Notes: a model not told the origin generated them from the letters alone. DNA of 58,979 nucleotides from Clostridiales bacterium (GCA_029012225.1 JAQXLR010000024.1:1-58979); one strand, 5' to 3'; counted from the first letter of the stretch, positions 45,972 through 58,979 are shown. Program-made: numbers and translations.

Positions 45972-46601
45972 GTGGCAAAGGTAGAATTGAAACAGCCTAT
46001 CGTACAGGAAATTTCGGACAACATGAAAGATGCACAGTCGGTCGTAGTTGTTGACTACCGCGGACTTACCGTAGCAGAGGACACTCAGCTGCGCAAGACG
46101 TTGAGAGAAGCCGGCATCATTTATAAGGTATATAAGAATACGTTGGTTTCTCGCGCCATTGAAGGAACTGAGTTCGAGAGTCTGAAGGATTCTTTGGAAG
46201 GGCCGAGTGCATTTGCGATTTCCAAAGAAGATGCGACAGCTCCGGCGAGAATTCTGGCGAAGTTCGCAAAGACTGCTCCTGCGCTTGAGATGAAAGCAGG
46301 TGTGGTTGAGGGAAATCTCTATGATGCAAAGGGTATGGCTGTAATCGCAGAAGTACCGGCAAGAGAAGAACTTCTTTCCAGATTGCTTGGAAGCTTGCAG
46401 TCACCGATTGCAAATCTTGCTCGCGTTCTCAATCAGATTGCAGAAAAGGGCGGCGCGGCAGCAGCATCCGTTGCACCTGATGCGGCAGTAGCTCCGGCGG
46501 AAGCGGAAGCTCCGGCAGAAGAAGCAGCAGAGGCTCCGGCGGAAGCGGAAGCTCCGGCAGAAGAAGCAGCAGAAACGGAAGTTTCTGCTACAGAGGAGTA
46601 A
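45972..46601 (+). CDS. rplJ: 50S ribosomal protein L10 with Ala/Glu-rich C-terminal extension
   Basis: VVDYRGLTV, VYKNTL, LEGPSA; GTG start. Confidence 0.96.
   Translation: MAKVELKQPIVQEISDNMKDAQSVVVVDYRGLTVAEDTQLRKTLREAGIIYKVYKNTLVSRAIEGTEFESLKDSLEGPSAFAISKEDATAPARILAKFAKTAPALEMKAGVVEGNLYDAKGMAVIAEVPAREELLSRLLGSLQSPIANLARVLNQIAEKGGAAAASVAPDAAVAPAEAEAPAEEAAEAPAEAEAPAEEAAETEVSATEE
46491..46574 (+). repeat. 42-bp in-frame tandem duplication (APAEAEAPAEEAAE x2)
   Basis: 46491-46532 and 46533-46574 are identical except for the last base. Confidence 0.9.
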
Positions 46602-46640
46602 TCTACAACAAAATCAAATTTAAAATGGAGGATTATAAAA

Positions 46641-47018
46641 ATGGCAAAATTGACAGCAGCAGAATTTATTGATGCGATCAAAGAGTTGAGTGTATTAGAG
46701 TTAAACGAGCTGGTAAAGGCTTGCGAAGAAGAGTTTGGCGTATCTGCAGCAGCAGGTGTGGTAGTTGCAGCAGCAGGCGGCGGCGATGCGGGAGCAGCTG
46801 AGGAGAAGACAGAGTTTGACGTAGAGCTGACAGAGGTTGGACCGAACAAGGTTAAGGTTATTAAGGTGGTTCGTGAAGCAACCGGCTTAGGCTTAAAGGA
46901 GGCAAAGGACCTGGTAGACGGAGCTCCTAAGATTCTGAAGGAGGCAGCTGACAAGGCTACTGCAGATGATATCAAGGCTAAGCTTGAGGCAGAGGGTGCA
47001 AAGGTTACCTTAAAATAA
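46641..47018 (+). CDS. rplL: 50S ribosomal protein L7/L12
   Basis: [29 protein letters not shown]. Confidence 0.98.
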   Translation: MAKLTAAEFIDAIKELSVLELNELVKACEEEFGVSAAAGVVVAAAGGGDAGAAEEKTEFDVELTEVGPNKVKVIKVVREATGLGLKEAKDLVDGAPKILKEAADKATADDIKAKLEAEGAKVTLK

Positions 47019-47048
47019 TTGCACAAGCAATAAGAAAACAGAGAATAG

Positions 47049-47096
47049 AAAGAGGACTACATACGGAACTTCTTCCGAAATGTAGTCCTCTTTTTT
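47049..47096 (+). terminator. Intrinsic terminator after rplL
   Basis: AAAGAGGACTACAT...ATGTAGTCCTCTTTTTT. Confidence 0.85.
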
Positions 47097-47316
47097 AAAA
47101 TTCGCCAAAAACTGCTTGACTATACTTTGGATATTGTGCTATCATATACGTTGCACTATTATGGTGCGCTAGACCTTTTTGTGCTTTTTGGAGAAATGAG
47201 ACTGCTAAGAAGCCGCGAAAATGGGCACTTCGCATGTTTTGTGGTAAGCGTGCGAGGATACTACTATATGTAGTGAATGACGACTGATGTTAATAAAAAC
47301 GAGAGGTGAAACGTCA

Positions 47317-50300
47317 ATGGAGAAAAACAGAATACGTCCGGTAAAAGCTGGAAAAGGCATACGTATGAGTTATTCGAGACAGAAAGAGGTATTGGAAATG
47401 CCCAATCTGATAGAAGTCCAAAAAGACTCCTATCAATGGTTCCTAAAAGAAGGATTAAAAGAAGTTTTCGAAGATATCTCTCCAATCGCGGATTACAGCG
47501 GACATCTGAGCCTGGAATTTGTTGATTTTACATTATGTAAAAATGATGTGAAATATACCATTCCTGAGTGCAAGGAAAGAGATGCGACTTATGCAGCGCC
47601 TTTGAAAGTGAAAGTAAGACTTCACAATAAGGAAACAGACGAAATCAATGAGCATGAAATATTTATGGGCGATCTTCCGTTGATGACAGAAACCGGCACC
47701 TTCGTGATTAATGGTGCGGAGCGTGTTATCGTCAGTCAGCTGGTACGCTCTCCGGGGATTTATTATGGGATTGCGCACGATAAAGTAGGAAAAACTCTAT
47801 ATTCGTGCACGGTTATTCCGAATCGTGGAGCGTGGTTGGAGTACGAGACAGATTCCAATGATGTATTTTATGTGCGTGTGGATCGAACAAGAAAAGTGCC
47901 GATTACCGTATTAATTCGTGCGTTGGGCGTTGGAAGCAACCAGGAGATTGTGGAAATGTTCGGCGAGGAGCCAAAGATTCTTGCAAGCTTTGGCAAGGAT
48001 GTTGCGACGAATTATCAGGAGGGACTTCTTGAATTATATAAAAAGATAAGACCAGGCGAGCCGCTGACTGTTGAGAGTGCGGAGAGCCTTATTACTGCGA
48101 TGTTTTTTGACCCCAGAAGATATGATCTCGCAAAGGTGGGGCGTTATAAATTCAATAAAAAGCTGGCATTGAAGAATCGCATCAATGGGCATGTTTTGGC
48201 AGAGGACGTGGTGAATACGACGACCGGGGAGATTCTTGCGCAAGCCGGAACAGAGGTGACACGTGAATTGGCAGATGATATCCAAAATGCTGCCGTTCCG
48301 TATGTTTGGATTCAGGGCGAAAGCAGAAATTTTAAGGTGCTTTCCTCCATGATGGTAGATTTGAGATGCTATGTAGATTGTGATCCGCGTGATTTGGGAA
48401 TTACGGAGCTGGTTTATTATCCGGTGCTCTCTCAGCTTATGGAGGAGAATCCCAATATCGAGGATTTAAAAGAAGCGATTAAGAAAAATGTACATGATTT
48501 GATTCCGAAGCATATTACAAGAGACGATATTTTTGCCTCAATTAATTATAATATGCATCTTGAGTATGGGATTGGTAATGATGACGATATTGACCATCTG
48601 GGAAATCGTCGTATTCGTGCTGTCGGAGAATTGTTGCAGAATCAGTACAGAATCGGCCTATCCAGATTAGAGCGTGTTGTCCGTGAGAGGATGACAACCT
48701 TGGATTTGGAGGGGATTTCTCCGCAGAGCCTTATTAATATTAAGCCGGTAACGGCTGCAGTAAAGGAGTTTTTTGGTTCTTCTCAGCTGTCACAGTTCAT
48801 GGATCAAAATAACCCTCTTGGAGAGTTGACGCATAAAAGACGTCTTTCGGCCTTGGGACCGGGAGGTCTCTCCAGAGATCGTGCAGGCTTTGAGGTGCGA
48901 GATGTCCATTATTCTCATTATGGAAGAATGTGCCCGATTGAGACGCCGGAAGGTCCAAACATCGGTTTGATTAACTCGCTGGCGAGCTACGCAAGAATTA
49001 ATGAGTATGGCTTTATTGAAGCGCCGTACCGCAAAATCGATAAAACAGATCCTGCAAACCCGCGTGTGACAGATGAGGTCATCTATATGACTGCGGATGA
49101 GGAGGATAATTACCATGTGGCTCAGGCAAATGAGGCACTGGATGAGGAAGGCCATTTTGTGCGCAACACCGTATCCGGACGATATCTGGATGAGACCCAG
49201 GAGTATGAGAAGACGATGTTTGATTATATGGATGTGTCTCCGAAAATGGTCTTTTCCGTGGCGACTGCTCTGATTCCGTTTTTGCAGAATGACGATGCGA
49301 ACCGTGCGCTGATGGGCTCGAACATGCAGCGTCAGGCAGTGCCGCTTTTGACAACAGAGTCTCCGGTGGTTGGAACCGGTATGGAGACGAAGGCAGCGGT
49401 TGACTCCGGTGTTTGTATGGTTGCAGAGCGAGGCGGTGTCGTGGAGAGCGCGGAATCCAACCGAATTGTGATTAAGAGCGACGAAGGAACCAGAGATGTC
49501 TATAAATTAACGAAATTTTCAAGAAGCAATCAGTCAAACTGCTACAATCAAAGACCGATTGTCCTAAAGGGCGATCGGGTGGAGGCAGGTGAGGTAATTG
49601 CAGACGGACCTTCTACTGCCAACGGAGAGCTGGGACTGGGCAAGAATCCGTTGATTGGATTTATGACATGGGAAGGCTATAACTATGAGGATGCCGTTCT
49701 GTTGAGCGAGAGACTTGTGCAGGATGATGTGTATACCTCTATCCATATTGAAGAATATGAGGCGGAAGCGCGTGACACCAAATTAGGACCGGAAGAAATT
49801 ACGAGAGACGTTCCGGGTGTGGGCGATGATGCGCTAAAGGATCTCGATGAGAGAGGAATCATCCGCATCGGTGCAGAGGTGCGTGCGGGGGATATTCTGG
49901 TTGGAAAGGTAACACCAAAGGGTGAGACGGAGCTTACTGCGGAGGAGCGGCTGCTTCGTGCGATTTTTGGTGAGAAGGCGAGAGAGGTACGTGACACTTC
50001 TTTGAAGGTTCCGCATGGAGAATACGGAATTGTAGTGGATGCAAAGGTGTTTACAAGGGACAATGGCGATGAGCTTTCTCCGGGTGTAAATCAGGCGGTT
50101 CGTATCTATATCGCACAAAAGAGAAAAATTTCTGTCGGGGATAAAATGGCGGGACGTCATGGAAATAAGGGTGTCGTTTCACGTGTGCTTCCGGTAGAGG
50201 ATATGCCGTTTTTGCCAAATGGACGCCCTCTGGATATTGTGCTCAATCCGCTCGGCGTACCTTCGCGTATGAACATCGGTCAGGTGTTGGAGATTCATTT

Positions 50301-51177
50301 GAGTCTGGCGGCGAAGGCGCTTGGTTTTAACATTGAGACACCTGTATTTGACGGTGCGAGAGAAATTGATATTCAGGATACGCTTGAGCTTGCAAATGAT
50401 TACGCAAACTTTGAGTGGGAGGATTTTGAGAAAAAATACAAGAATGTACTTAACGCAGATGTTTTGAAGTACTTATCGGATAACCGTGCACACAGAAGTG
50501 TGTGGAAGGGTGTGCCGATTTCGCGTGACGGAAAGGTGCAGCTTCGTGACGGACGTACCGGTGAGGCCTTTGACTCACCGGTAACAATCGGACACATGCA
50601 TTATCTGAAACTGCATCATTTGGTAGACGATAAGATTCACGCACGTTCTACCGGCCCGTATTCTCTGGTAACACAGCAGCCTTTGGGCGGAAAGGCACAG
50701 TTTGGTGGACAGCGTTTTGGAGAGATGGAAGTATGGGCGTTGGAGGCATATGGCGCATCTTACACCCTGCAGGAGATTTTGACGGTAAAATCGGATGATG
50801 TTGTGGGTCGTGTGAAAACATATGAGGCAATCATCAAAGGGGACAATATTCCTGAGCCGGGTATCCCGGAATCCTTTAAGGTGTTGTTAAAGGAGCTTCA
50901 GTCTCTTGGATTGGACGTCAAGGTTTTGGATGAGGACAGAAATGAAGTCCAGCTGATGGAGACGAGTGAGTATGGCAATACAGATTTGAATTCCATTATT
51001 TCCGGAGATAAAGATTTTGCATTTGAAGACAGTGAGTCTTTTGCGAAGATGGGATTCTCCCAAAAAGAGTTTGACGCAGAGAATGAGGAGCTTGTTGATG
51101 TGGAGGAAGAAGAGCTGGAGGATGACTCTGAATTCTTTGACGATGTAACAGACGACGATATTCTTGACGAGGAATAA
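47317..51177 (+). CDS. rpoB: RNA polymerase beta subunit
   Basis: [34 protein letters not shown]; ATG after SD GAGGTG. Confidence 0.99.
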   Translation: MEKNRIRPVKAGKGIRMSYSRQKEVLEMPNLIEVQKDSYQWFLKEGLKEVFEDISPIADYSGHLSLEFVDFTLCKNDVKYTIPECKERDATYAAPLKVKVRLHNKETDEINEHEIFMGDLPLMTETGTFVINGAERVIVSQLVRSPGIYYGIAHDKVGKTLYSCTVIPNRGAWLEYETDSNDVFYVRVDRTRKVPITVLIRALGVGSNQEIVEMFGEEPKILASFGKDVATNYQEGLLELYKKIRPGEPLTVESAESLITAMFFDPRRYDLAKVGRYKFNKKLALKNRINGHVLAEDVVNTTTGEILAQAGTEVTRELADDIQNAAVPYVWIQGESRNFKVLSSMMVDLRCYVDCDPRDLGITELVYYPVLSQLMEENPNIEDLKEAIKKNVHDLIPKHITRDDIFASINYNMHLEYGIGNDDDIDHLGNRRIRAVGELLQNQYRIGLSRLERVVRERMTTLDLEGISPQSLINIKPVTAAVKEFFGSSQLSQFMDQNNPLGELTHKRRLSALGPGGLSRDRAGFEVRDVHYSHYGRMCPIETPEGPNIGLINSLASYARINEYGFIEAPYRKIDKTDPANPRVTDEVIYMTADEEDNYHVAQANEALDEEGHFVRNTVSGRYLDETQEYEKTMFDYMDVSPKMVFSVATALIPFLQNDDANRALMGSNMQRQAVPLLTTESPVVGTGMETKAAVDSGVCMVAERGGVVESAESNRIVIKSDEGTRDVYKLTKFSRSNQSNCYNQRPIVLKGDRVEAGEVIADGPSTANGELGLGKNPLIGFMTWEGYNYEDAVLLSERLVQDDVYTSIHIEEYEAEARDTKLGPEEITRDVPGVGDDALKDLDERGIIRIGAEVRAGDILVGKVTPKGETELTAEERLLRAIFGEKAREVRDTSLKVPHGEYGIVVDAKVFTRDNGDELSPGVNQAVRIYIAQKRKISVGDKMAGRHGNKGVVSRVLPVEDMPFLPNGRPLDIVLNPLGVPSRMNIGQVLEIHLSLAAKALGFNIETPVFDGAREIDIQDTLELANDYANFEWEDFEKKYKNVLNADVLKYLSDNRAHRSVWKGVPISRDGKVQLRDGRTGEAFDSPVTIGHMHYLKLHHLVDDKIHARSTGPYSLVTQQPLGGKAQFGGQRFGEMEVWALEAYGASYTLQEILTVKSDDVVGRVKTYEAIIKGDNIPEPGIPESFKVLLKELQSLGLDVKVLDEDRNEVQLMETSEYGNTDLNSIISGDKDFAFEDSESFAKMGFSQKEFDAENEELVDVEEEELEDDSEFFDDVTDDDILDEE

Positions 51178-51198
51178 AAGAAGGAAGGGAGTGTCATA

Positions 51199-54100
51199 AT
51201 GCCAGAAATCATGAATAAAGAAATGGCAGGTCAGTCTATCTCATTTGATGCCATTAAAATCGGATTGGCATCACCGGAGAAAATCAGAGAGTGGTCCAGG
51301 GGCGAAGTGAAAAAACCGGAGACCATTAATTATAGAACGCTAAAGCCGGAAAAGGACGGATTGTTTTGTGAGAAGATTTTCGGACCGAGCAAGGACTGGG
51401 AGTGCCATTGCGGCAAATATAAGAAAATTCGCTATAAGGGTGTAGTCTGCGACCGCTGCGGTGTTGAGATTACAAAGGCGAGTGTTCGAAGAGAGCGTAT
51501 GGGGCACATTGAGCTTGCCGCTCCCGTATCGCACATCTGGTACTTTAAAGGGATACCGTCCCGCATGGGACTGATTCTCGATTTATCACCAAGAACGCTT
51601 GAAAAGGTATTATATTTTGCTTCTTATATTGTGTTGGATGCAGGCAATACGGCATTGCAGCGTAAGCAGGTATTGTCAGAGAATGAGTATCAGGAAGCAA
51701 GAGAGCAATATGGCAATGCATTTCGCGTGGGAATGGGAGCAGAGGCGATTCAGGAGCTGCTTCATGCGATTGACCTGGAAAAGGATTCTGCAGAGCTGCA
51801 GGCAGAGCTGGCAGAGGCTACCGGACAGAAGCGCGCGAGAATTATTAAGAGGCTGGAGGTTGTAGAGGCATTTCGTGAGTCCGGCAATAGCCCGGAATGG
51901 ATGATTATGTCCGTGATTCCGGTGATTCCGCCGGATTTGCGTCCGATGGTACAGCTTGACGGTGGACGGTTTGCGACCTCTGATTTAAATGATTTGTACA
52001 GACGAATTATTAATCGTAACAATCGTCTAAGGAGACTTTTGGAGCTGGGAGCGCCGGATATCATTGTGCGTAATGAGAAGCGTATGCTGCAGGAGGCGGT
52101 GGATGCTTTGATTGATAATGGGCGCAGAGGGCGTCCTGTGACAGGGCCGGGAAACCGTGCATTAAAATCTCTGTCGGATATGCTAAAAGGAAAGTCCGGA
52201 CGTTTCCGTCAGAACTTGCTTGGAAAGCGAGTAGACTATTCCGGACGTTCTGTTATCTGTGTAGAGCCCAAATTAAAGATTTATCAATGCGGACTCCCAA
52301 AAGAGATGGCGATTGAGCTGTTTAAGCCTTTTGTGATGAAGGAGCTTGTTGCGAACGGCTCCGCACACAATATTAAGAGCGCAAAGAAGATGGTAGAGCG
52401 CTTGCAGACGGAGGTGTGGGATGTTTTAGAGGATGTCATCAAAGAGCATCCGGTTATGCTAAACCGTGCTCCTACATTGCATCGTTTGGGCATTCAGGCC
52501 TTTGAGCCGATTTTGGTAGAGGGTAAGGCAATCAAGCTGCATCCGCTTGTGTGTACTGCATTCAATGCAGACTTTGACGGAGACCAGATGGCGGTTCACC
52601 TGCCGCTTTCTGTAGAAGCGCAGGCAGAGTGCCGGTTTATGCTGCTGTCCCCGAACAACCTGTTAAAGCCATCGGATGGTGGTCTGGTTGCGGTTCCTTC
52701 TCAGGATATGGTGCTCGGCATCTATTATCTGACACAGGAGAGGCCGGGAGCAAAGGGAGAAGGCAAGTTCTTTAAGAACGTAAACGAGGCAATCCTTGCC
52801 TATGAAAATGGTGTTGTAACGCTACATTCCCGGATTAAAGTGCGCATGACCAAAAAGATGGCGGATGGAACGGTGCTTACGGACATAATCGAATCTACGC
52901 TGGGACGCTTTATTTTTAATGAAATCATTCCTCAGGATTTGGGATTTGTGGACAGAAGTATTCCGGGCAATGAATTAAAGCTGGAAGTAGATTTTCTGGT
53001 GGCGAAGAAACAAAATAAGCAGATTCTCGAGAAGGTCATCACAATTCATGGTGCAACCAAGACGGCAGAGGTGCTGGATGCGGTAAAGGCTATGGGCTAT
53101 AAGTATTCTACGAGAGCGGCCATGACGGTATCCATTTCCGATATGACCGTACCGCCGCAAAAGCCGCAGATGATTGAGGAAGCGCAGGATACGGTAGACA
53201 GAATCACAAAGCAATACAAGCGTGGTCTTATTACAGAGGAAGAGCGCTATAAAGAAGTCATTGAGACATGGAAGGAGACGGATGAGGAGCTCACAAGAGT
53301 TCTTCTGGAGGGACTCGATAAATATAACAACATCTTTATGATGGCGGATTCCGGAGCCCGTGGTTCTGATAAGCAGATCAAACAGCTTGCAGGTATGCGT
53401 GGTTTGATGGCAGATACAACCGGTAGAACAATCGAGCTGCCAATCAAGTCAAACTTCCGTGATGGTCTGGACGTATTGGAGTACTTTATGTCGGCGCATG
53501 GTGCACGAAAGGGTATGTCCGATACGGCGCTTCGTACAGCCGACTCCGGTTACCTTACGAGACGAATGGTAGACGTTTCTCAGCACATGATCGTACGTGA
53601 ATCTGACTGCTGCGAAGGAACGGGCAGGGAAATTCCCGGAATGTGGGTATCCGCATTTATGGATGGAAAAGAGGAGATTGAAAATCTTCAGGAGCGTATT
53701 ACGGGAAGATTCTCCTGTAATACCATTTACGATGCAGAAGGCAATGTTTTGGTAGAGGCAAATCACATGATTACACCAAGACGTGCTGCTCTTGTCATGA
53801 GCAAGGGAGTGGATGAGGAAGGAAAGCCAATTGATAAAGTAAAAATCCGTACGGTCTTATCCTGCCGTTCGCACATGGGTGTGTGCGCAAAGTGCTATGG
53901 TGCCAACATGGCGACCGGGCAGGCGGTACAGGTCGGAGAGGCAATCGGTATCATTGCAGCGCAGTCCATCGGTGAGCCGGGAACACAGCTGACCATGCGT
54001 ACCTTCCATACAGGTGGTGTTGCCGGAAGTGACATTACACAGGGTCTTCCCCGTGTTGAGGAAATTTTTGAGGCAAGAAAGCCAAAGGGACTTGCGATCA

Positions 54101-54867
54101 TCACGGAATTTGGCGGTGTTGCAACGATTAAGGACACAAAGAAGAAGCGTGAGGTTGTCGTTACCAACAATGAGACGGGAGAGACAAAGACCTATCTGAT
54201 TCCTTATGGCTCCAGAATTAAGGTAACGGATGGAGCAGTGCTGGAAGCGGGAGATGAACTGACAGAAGGCTCGATAAATCCGCATGATATCCTGAAAATC
54301 AAGGGAGTACGTGCTGTTCAGGATTATATGCTGCGTGAGGTACAGCGTGTGTATCGTCTGCAGGGTGTAGAAATCAGTGATAAGCACATTGAAGTGATTG
54401 TACGTCAAATGCTGCAAAAGGTTCGTATTGAGAGCAATGGTGACTCCGATATGCTTCCCGGAACGCTGGTAGACGCATTGTATTATGAGGACACAAATGA
54501 GCTTTTGGAGCGAGAGGGGAAAGAGCCGGCAGATGGCAAGCAGGTGCTGCTTGGAATCACGAAGGCATCCTTGGCGACCAACTCCTTCTTATCTGCAGCC
54601 TCCTTCCAGGAGACAACCAAGGTTCTCACGGAAGCTGCAATCAAGGGCAAGGTGGATCCGCTGATTGGTATGAAGGAAAATGTCATTATCGGTAAGCTGA
54701 TTCCTGCGGGAACAGGAATGAAGAGATACCGCAATATTAAGCTGGATTCCGATATCGTAGAAACAGAGGATATTCGGTATGACGATTTTGATGATTTTGA
54801 GGATTTGCAGACCGAGACAGAAGCGAACGAGGAATATAGCATAGAGGATATTTCCGAAGAAGAATAA
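51199..54867 (+). CDS. rpoC: RNA polymerase beta' subunit
   Basis: NADFDGDQM catalytic motif, N-terminal Zn finger, QLTMRTFH. Confidence 0.99.
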   Translation: MPEIMNKEMAGQSISFDAIKIGLASPEKIREWSRGEVKKPETINYRTLKPEKDGLFCEKIFGPSKDWECHCGKYKKIRYKGVVCDRCGVEITKASVRRERMGHIELAAPVSHIWYFKGIPSRMGLILDLSPRTLEKVLYFASYIVLDAGNTALQRKQVLSENEYQEAREQYGNAFRVGMGAEAIQELLHAIDLEKDSAELQAELAEATGQKRARIIKRLEVVEAFRESGNSPEWMIMSVIPVIPPDLRPMVQLDGGRFATSDLNDLYRRIINRNNRLRRLLELGAPDIIVRNEKRMLQEAVDALIDNGRRGRPVTGPGNRALKSLSDMLKGKSGRFRQNLLGKRVDYSGRSVICVEPKLKIYQCGLPKEMAIELFKPFVMKELVANGSAHNIKSAKKMVERLQTEVWDVLEDVIKEHPVMLNRAPTLHRLGIQAFEPILVEGKAIKLHPLVCTAFNADFDGDQMAVHLPLSVEAQAECRFMLLSPNNLLKPSDGGLVAVPSQDMVLGIYYLTQERPGAKGEGKFFKNVNEAILAYENGVVTLHSRIKVRMTKKMADGTVLTDIIESTLGRFIFNEIIPQDLGFVDRSIPGNELKLEVDFLVAKKQNKQILEKVITIHGATKTAEVLDAVKAMGYKYSTRAAMTVSISDMTVPPQKPQMIEEAQDTVDRITKQYKRGLITEEERYKEVIETWKETDEELTRVLLEGLDKYNNIFMMADSGARGSDKQIKQLAGMRGLMADTTGRTIELPIKSNFRDGLDVLEYFMSAHGARKGMSDTALRTADSGYLTRRMVDVSQHMIVRESDCCEGTGREIPGMWVSAFMDGKEEIENLQERITGRFSCNTIYDAEGNVLVEANHMITPRRAALVMSKGVDEEGKPIDKVKIRTVLSCRSHMGVCAKCYGANMATGQAVQVGEAIGIIAAQSIGEPGTQLTMRTFHTGGVAGSDITQGLPRVEEIFEARKPKGLAIITEFGGVATIKDTKKKREVVVTNNETGETKTYLIPYGSRIKVTDGAVLEAGDELTEGSINPHDILKIKGVRAVQDYMLREVQRVYRLQGVEISDKHIEVIVRQMLQKVRIESNGDSDMLPGTLVDALYYEDTNELLEREGKEPADGKQVLLGITKASLATNSFLSAASFQETTKVLTEAAIKGKVDPLIGMKENVIIGKLIPAGTGMKRYRNIKLDSDIVETEDIRYDDFDDFEDLQTETEANEEYSIEDISEEE

Positions 54868-54873
54868 GAAGAC

Positions 54874-54909
54874 ATACGCATCTATGGAAGACACCATAGG
54901 TGCGTATTT
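54874..54909 (+). terminator. Hairpin after rpoC
   Basis: 14-bp stem ATACGCATCTATGG / CCATAGGTGCGTAT with a short T tail. Confidence 0.55.
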
Positions 54910-55094
54910 GCATGTGGGGAGAGTGCTGCTTTACAGCTATGCCCGGCATACAAGGTATTTCAGTTCCGCAATTTTATTTCAGTCCCGCAATCTCAAGGGG
55001 AATGCGAGTGGGGGCAGGCGTGCCGGCTTTGTTTTTTCATCGGAAGCCCTTTGCGATAAAATGAAAAATGGAGTTTAAGACAACAAGAAAAGTA

Positions 55095-55123
55095 TTGACA
55101 AATGAGAAAGGGATTTGTATAAT
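55095..55123 (+). promoter_or_regulatory. sigmaA promoter of the str operon
   Basis: TTGACA-N17-TATAAT. Confidence 0.85.
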
Positions 55124-55195
55124 AATTCAGCGTGCATAAATAGGTGCGCTATGCGTGATGCAAAAATTTATAAATGAAACAGGAGGTGAAAAATA

Positions 55196-55615
55196 ATGCC
55201 AACATTTAACCAGTTAGTAAGAAAAGGACGTCAGACATCTGCTAAGAAGTCTACAGCACCTGCGCTTCAGAAGGGCTACAACTCGATTCACAAAAGGCCG
55301 ACAGATGCAGCTTCTCCACAGAAGAGAGGTGTGTGTACTGCTGTTAAGACAGCTACTCCGAAAAAGCCTAACTCAGCTCTTAGAAAGATCGCCAGAGTAC
55401 GCCTTTCAAACGGAATCGAAGTAACAGGCTATATTCCGGGCGAAGGACACAACTTACAGGAGCACAGCGTTGTTCTGATCCGTGGTGGTCGTGTAAAGGA
55501 TCTGCCTGGTACAAGATATCACATTATCCGTGGTAAGCTTGATACTGCAGGTGTTGCCAACAGAAAACAGGCTCGCTCGAAATACGGCGCTAAGAGACCG
55601 AAGGCAGCGAAATAG
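55196..55615 (+). CDS. rpsL: 30S ribosomal protein S12
   Basis: [19 protein letters not shown]. Confidence 0.99.
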   Translation: MPTFNQLVRKGRQTSAKKSTAPALQKGYNSIHKRPTDAASPQKRGVCTAVKTATPKKPNSALRKIARVRLSNGIEVTGYIPGEGHNLQEHSVVLIRGGRVKDLPGTRYHIIRGKLDTAGVANRKQARSKYGAKRPKAAK

Positions 55616-55866
55616 TCGGATTGCCGTTTAGACGAACCAATAGTATCACGACGTGTATTACCGGAGCGGCATTTTTCCGGTAGCATGAGCAAAAGGTTTG
55701 GTGTTGGGATTATTATCACATTGCGATATACTTTTGCACGAGCACTAAGGCTACACATTGTGAGTACCGTTGAATTAATCGAAATGAAGTCTGCCGGCTT
55801 GGAAGATAAGAGTCGGGAATGCAGCAGCATGCTGTATAGTAAATTATGATTAAGGAGGGAAGAATC

Positions 55867-56337
55867 GTGCCACGTAAAGGACATACTCAAAAAAGAGATG
55901 TATTAGCAGATCCGATGTACAACAACAAAGTGGTTACTAAGCTTATCAACAACATTATGTTGGATGGTAAGAAGGGTGTCGCACAAAAGATTGTATACGG
56001 AGCGTTCAAAAGAGTAGAGGAGAAAGCGGAGAAGCCTGCTCTTGAGGTATTTGAAGAGGCCATGAATAATGTTATGCCGCTTCTTGAGGTAAAGGCGAGA
56101 CGTATCGGTGGTGCAACCTATCAGGTGCCGATTGAGGTAAGACCGGATCGCCGTCAGGCGTTAGCGCTTCGTTGGTTGACAGCTTATTCTCGTAAGAGAG
56201 GCGAGAAGACCATGGAAGAGCGTCTTGCGAACGAGATTCTTGATGCATCAAATAATACAGGTGCATCCGTGAAGAAAAAAGAAGACATGCACAAAATGGC
56301 AGAGGCAAACAAGGCTTTCGCACATTACCGTTTCTAA
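55867..56337 (+). CDS. rpsG: 30S ribosomal protein S7
   Basis: GTG start after AAGGAGG; [24 protein letters not shown]. Confidence 0.98.
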   Translation: MPRKGHTQKRDVLADPMYNNKVVTKLINNIMLDGKKGVAQKIVYGAFKRVEEKAEKPALEVFEEAMNNVMPLLEVKARRIGGATYQVPIEVRPDRRQALALRWLTAYSRKRGEKTMEERLANEILDASNNTGASVKKKEDMHKMAEANKAFAHYRF

Positions 56338-56411
56338 GATCAAGAAATGGGGGAATACCGCGAAGCCTGGGCGTTTGCTCGCTATTGCTTTTAATTTAGG
56401 GAGGAAATACC

Positions 56412-58529
56412 TTGGCTGGAAGACAATATCCATTAGAGAGAACCAGGAACATCGGTATTATGGCTCATATTGATGCAGGGAAAACAACCACGACAGAGCG
56501 TATTCTTTATTATACCGGTGTAAATCACAAGATTGGTGATACCCATGAAGGAACTGCCACCATGGACTGGATGGAACAGGAGCAGGAGCGAGGGATCACA
56601 ATTACGTCAGCCGCTACAACTTGTCATTGGACGCTGGAGGAGTTTGCAAAGCCGAAAGCGGGTGCGTTAGAGCATCGTATTAATATTATTGATACTCCGG
56701 GACACGTTGACTTTACCGTAGAGGTAGAGCGTTCACTTCGCGTGCTTGATGGCGCGGTAGGCGTCTTTTGCGCAAAGGGTGGCGTAGAGCCTCAGTCAGA
56801 GAACGTATGGCGTCAGGCTGACACTTACGGCGTACCAAGAATGGCATTTATCAACAAGATGGATATCTTGGGTGCGAATTTTTACGGAGCTGTAGATCAA
56901 ATTCGCAGCCGATTGGGCAAAAATGCGATCTGCATTCAGCTGCCAATCGGAAAAGAAGATGATTTTAAAGGAATCATCGACTTGTTTGAAATGAAGGCAT
57001 ACATCTACAATGATGAAAAGGGTGAGGATATTACCGTTACAGATGATTTGGGTGATATGCAGGATGAGGCAGAGCTTTACCGTGGAGAGCTCATCGAGAA
57101 GATCTGTGAGTTGGATGATGATCTGATGATGATGTATCTGGAAGGGGAAGAGCCGTCTGTCGAAGAGATGAAGAAAGTATTAAGGCGTGCAACCAGTGAA
57201 TGTCGCGCAATTCCGGTTTGCTGTGGCACTGCATACAGAAACAAGGGTGTTCAGAAGCTTTTGGATGCGGTTGTTGAGTATATGCCATCTCCGGTGGACG
57301 TACCTGCAATTAAGGGTGTCGATATGGAAGGAAATGAGGTCGAGAGACATTCTTCCGATGAAGAGCCGTTTGCCGCTTTGGCATTTAAGATTATGGCAGA
57401 CCCGTTTGTCGGTAAACTGGCATTCTTTCGAGTGTACTCCGGTACCATCAACTCCGGCTCGTATGTTTTGAATGCGACAAAGGATAAGAAAGAGCGTGTA
57501 GGTCGTATTTTGCAGATGCATGCAAATAAGAGAGCGGAGCTGGATAAGGTCTATGCAGGAGATATCGCAGCTGCGGTAGGCTTTAAATTTACTTCTACCG
57601 GAGATACCATCTGTGATGAGCAGAACCCTGTTATTTTAGAGTCTATGGAGTTCCCGGAGCCGGTTATCGAGCTTGCGATTGAGCCAAAGACCAAGGCAGG
57701 ACAGGGCAAGATGGGTGAAGCGCTCGCGAAGCTTGCAGAGGAAGATCCTACCTTCCGTGCGCATACCGATCAGGAGACCGGACAGACCATCATTGCAGGT
57801 ATGGGTGAGCTGCATTTGGAGATTATTGTTGACCGTTTGCTTCGTGAATTTAAGGTGGAGGCAAATGTCGGAGCTCCGCAGGTTGCTTATAAGGAGACGT
57901 TTACAAAGCCGGTTGATGTAGAGTATAAGTATGCGAAGCAGTCCGGTGGACGTGGACAGTATGGACACTGTAAGGTTAAGTTTGAGCCGATGGATGCCAA
58001 CGGCGAGGAGACCTTTAAGTTTGAGTCTTCTGTTGTCGGCGGTGCAATTCCAAAGGAATATATTCCGGCAGTCGGAGCAGGTATTGAGGAAGCTGCCAAA
58101 GCAGGAATTTTGGGAGGATTCCCGGTACTTGGTGTTTACGCCAACGTATATGATGGCTCCTACCATGAAGTCGATTCCTCTGAGATGGCATTCCACATTG
58201 CGGGTTCTATGGCATTTAAAGAGGCGATGCAGAAGGCAAACCCGGTATTGGTTGAGCCGATTATGAAGGTAGAGGTTACCATGCCGGAGGAGTATATGGG
58301 AGATGTTATCGGTGATATCAATTCCCGCCGCGGACGTATCGAGGGTATGGACGACATCGGAGGAGGCAAGATTGTAAGGGCGTTTGTGCCGCTTGCCGAG
58401 ATGTTTGGATATTCCACAGACTTACGTTCCAAGACACAGGGACGCGGCAACTATTCTATGTTCTTTGAGAAATATGAGCAGGTGCCGAAGAATGTACAGG
58501 AAAAAGTCCTTGCAGACAAATCCAAGTAA
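56412..58529 (+). CDS. fusA: Elongation factor G
   Basis: [21 protein letters not shown]; TTG start. Confidence 0.99.
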   Translation: MAGRQYPLERTRNIGIMAHIDAGKTTTTERILYYTGVNHKIGDTHEGTATMDWMEQEQERGITITSAATTCHWTLEEFAKPKAGALEHRINIIDTPGHVDFTVEVERSLRVLDGAVGVFCAKGGVEPQSENVWRQADTYGVPRMAFINKMDILGANFYGAVDQIRSRLGKNAICIQLPIGKEDDFKGIIDLFEMKAYIYNDEKGEDITVTDDLGDMQDEAELYRGELIEKICELDDDLMMMYLEGEEPSVEEMKKVLRRATSECRAIPVCCGTAYRNKGVQKLLDAVVEYMPSPVDVPAIKGVDMEGNEVERHSSDEEPFAALAFKIMADPFVGKLAFFRVYSGTINSGSYVLNATKDKKERVGRILQMHANKRAELDKVYAGDIAAAVGFKFTSTGDTICDEQNPVILESMEFPEPVIELAIEPKTKAGQGKMGEALAKLAEEDPTFRAHTDQETGQTIIAGMGELHLEIIVDRLLREFKVEANVGAPQVAYKETFTKPVDVEYKYAKQSGGRGQYGHCKVKFEPMDANGEETFKFESSVVGGAIPKEYIPAVGAGIEEAAKAGILGGFPVLGVYANVYDGSYHEVDSSEMAFHIAGSMAFKEAMQKANPVLVEPIMKVEVTMPEEYMGDVIGDINSRRGRIEGMDDIGGGKIVRAFVPLAEMFGYSTDLRSKTQGRGNYSMFFEKYEQVPKNVQEKVLADKSK

Positions 58530-58541
58530 AGAAAAATTCAA

Positions 58542-58612
58542 CCGTATTTCCCATATTTTGTGGGAAATACGGCAAGAAATAGCTTGAAAAAGTCCTGATT
58601 ATTTTATATAAT
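58542..58612 (+). promoter_or_regulatory. Hairpin after fusA and internal sigmaA promoter for tuf
   Basis: 12-bp stem CCGTATTTCCCA/TGGGAAATACGG (58542-72); TTGAAA-N17-TATAAT (58584-58612). Confidence 0.65.
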
Positions 58613-58680
58613 CAGAGGTAAGTGAGTTGTAAAAAGACAAAAGCCTCAGAAGGGGCATCATTTTAAGGAGGATATTCAAA

Positions 58681-58979
58681 ATGGCAAAAGCTAAGTTTGA
58701 AAGAACAAAACCACATTGTAATATTGGTACCATTGGACACGTTGACCATGGTAAAACAACTTTGACCGCAGCCATCACAAAGGTTTTGGCTGAGAGAGTT
58801 GCAGGTAATACTGCTACAGATTTCGAGAACATCGACAAGGCTCCGGAAGAGAGAGAGCGTGGTATTACAATTTCTACTGCTCACGTTGAGTATGAGACAG
58901 AGAAGAGACACTACGCACACGTTGATTGCCCGGGACATGCTGACTACGTTAAGAACATGATTACCGGTGCTGCTCAGAT
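58681..58979 (+). CDS. tuf: Elongation factor Tu (3' truncated by window)
   Basis: Manual translation gives [33 protein letters not shown]...[20 protein letters not shown]. Confidence 0.98.
   Translation, partial: MAKAKFERTKPHCNIGTIGHVDHGKTTLTAAITKVLAERVAGNTATDFENIDKAPEERERGITISTAHVEYETEKRHYAHVDCPGHADYVKNMITGAAQ

Noticed and set aside
48760-48880. Rifampicin-resistance changes in rpoB (and streptomycin changes in rpsL)
   Set aside because: Cluster I ([20 protein letters not shown]) and the S12 lysines appear wild type.
54884-55078. 64 aa ORF between rpoC and rpsL (possible L7Ae/ybxF position)
   Set aside because: No L7Ae similarity, no SD, and it starts inside the post-rpoC hairpin.

Overview
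Genomic window from a motile Firmicute, most likely Lachnospiraceae (inferred from the MVVQHN-type flagellin N-terminus, tandem flgK genes and the fliW-csrA-flaG-fliD-fliS order). It has four blocks. (1) The 3' end of a DEAD-box helicase and an ABC exporter pair (1-4250). (2) The late flagellar operons flgM-flgN-flgK-flgK-flgL-fliW-csrA and flaG-fliD-fliS-flgN-like (4350-14224). (3) A ~27 kb flagellin glycosylation island (14432-41846) built around one flagellin gene. It encodes a Maf protein, four CgeB/DUF3880-like glycosyltransferases, a legionaminic-acid-type pathway, a heptose-like activation set, a split transketolase and four radical SAM enzymes (two SPASM/twitch-like, two B12-binding). 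A convergent FliD-like gene follows. (4) The housekeeping cluster rpmG-secE-nusG-rplKAJL-rpoBC-rpsLG-fusA-tuf (43487-end). Six sigma28-type promoters can be read directly. The most notable observations are a sigma28-driven ~90 nt GGA-hairpin element ending in a terminator (candidate CsrA decoy sRNA or attenuator), the radical-SAM/transketolase sugar-tailoring cassette, and an acetyltransferase-aminotransferase fusion whose frame depends on the copy number of an 8-bp repeat. No tRNA, rRNA, CRISPR array or transposase was seen. All calls are by eye from motifs; no database searches were run.
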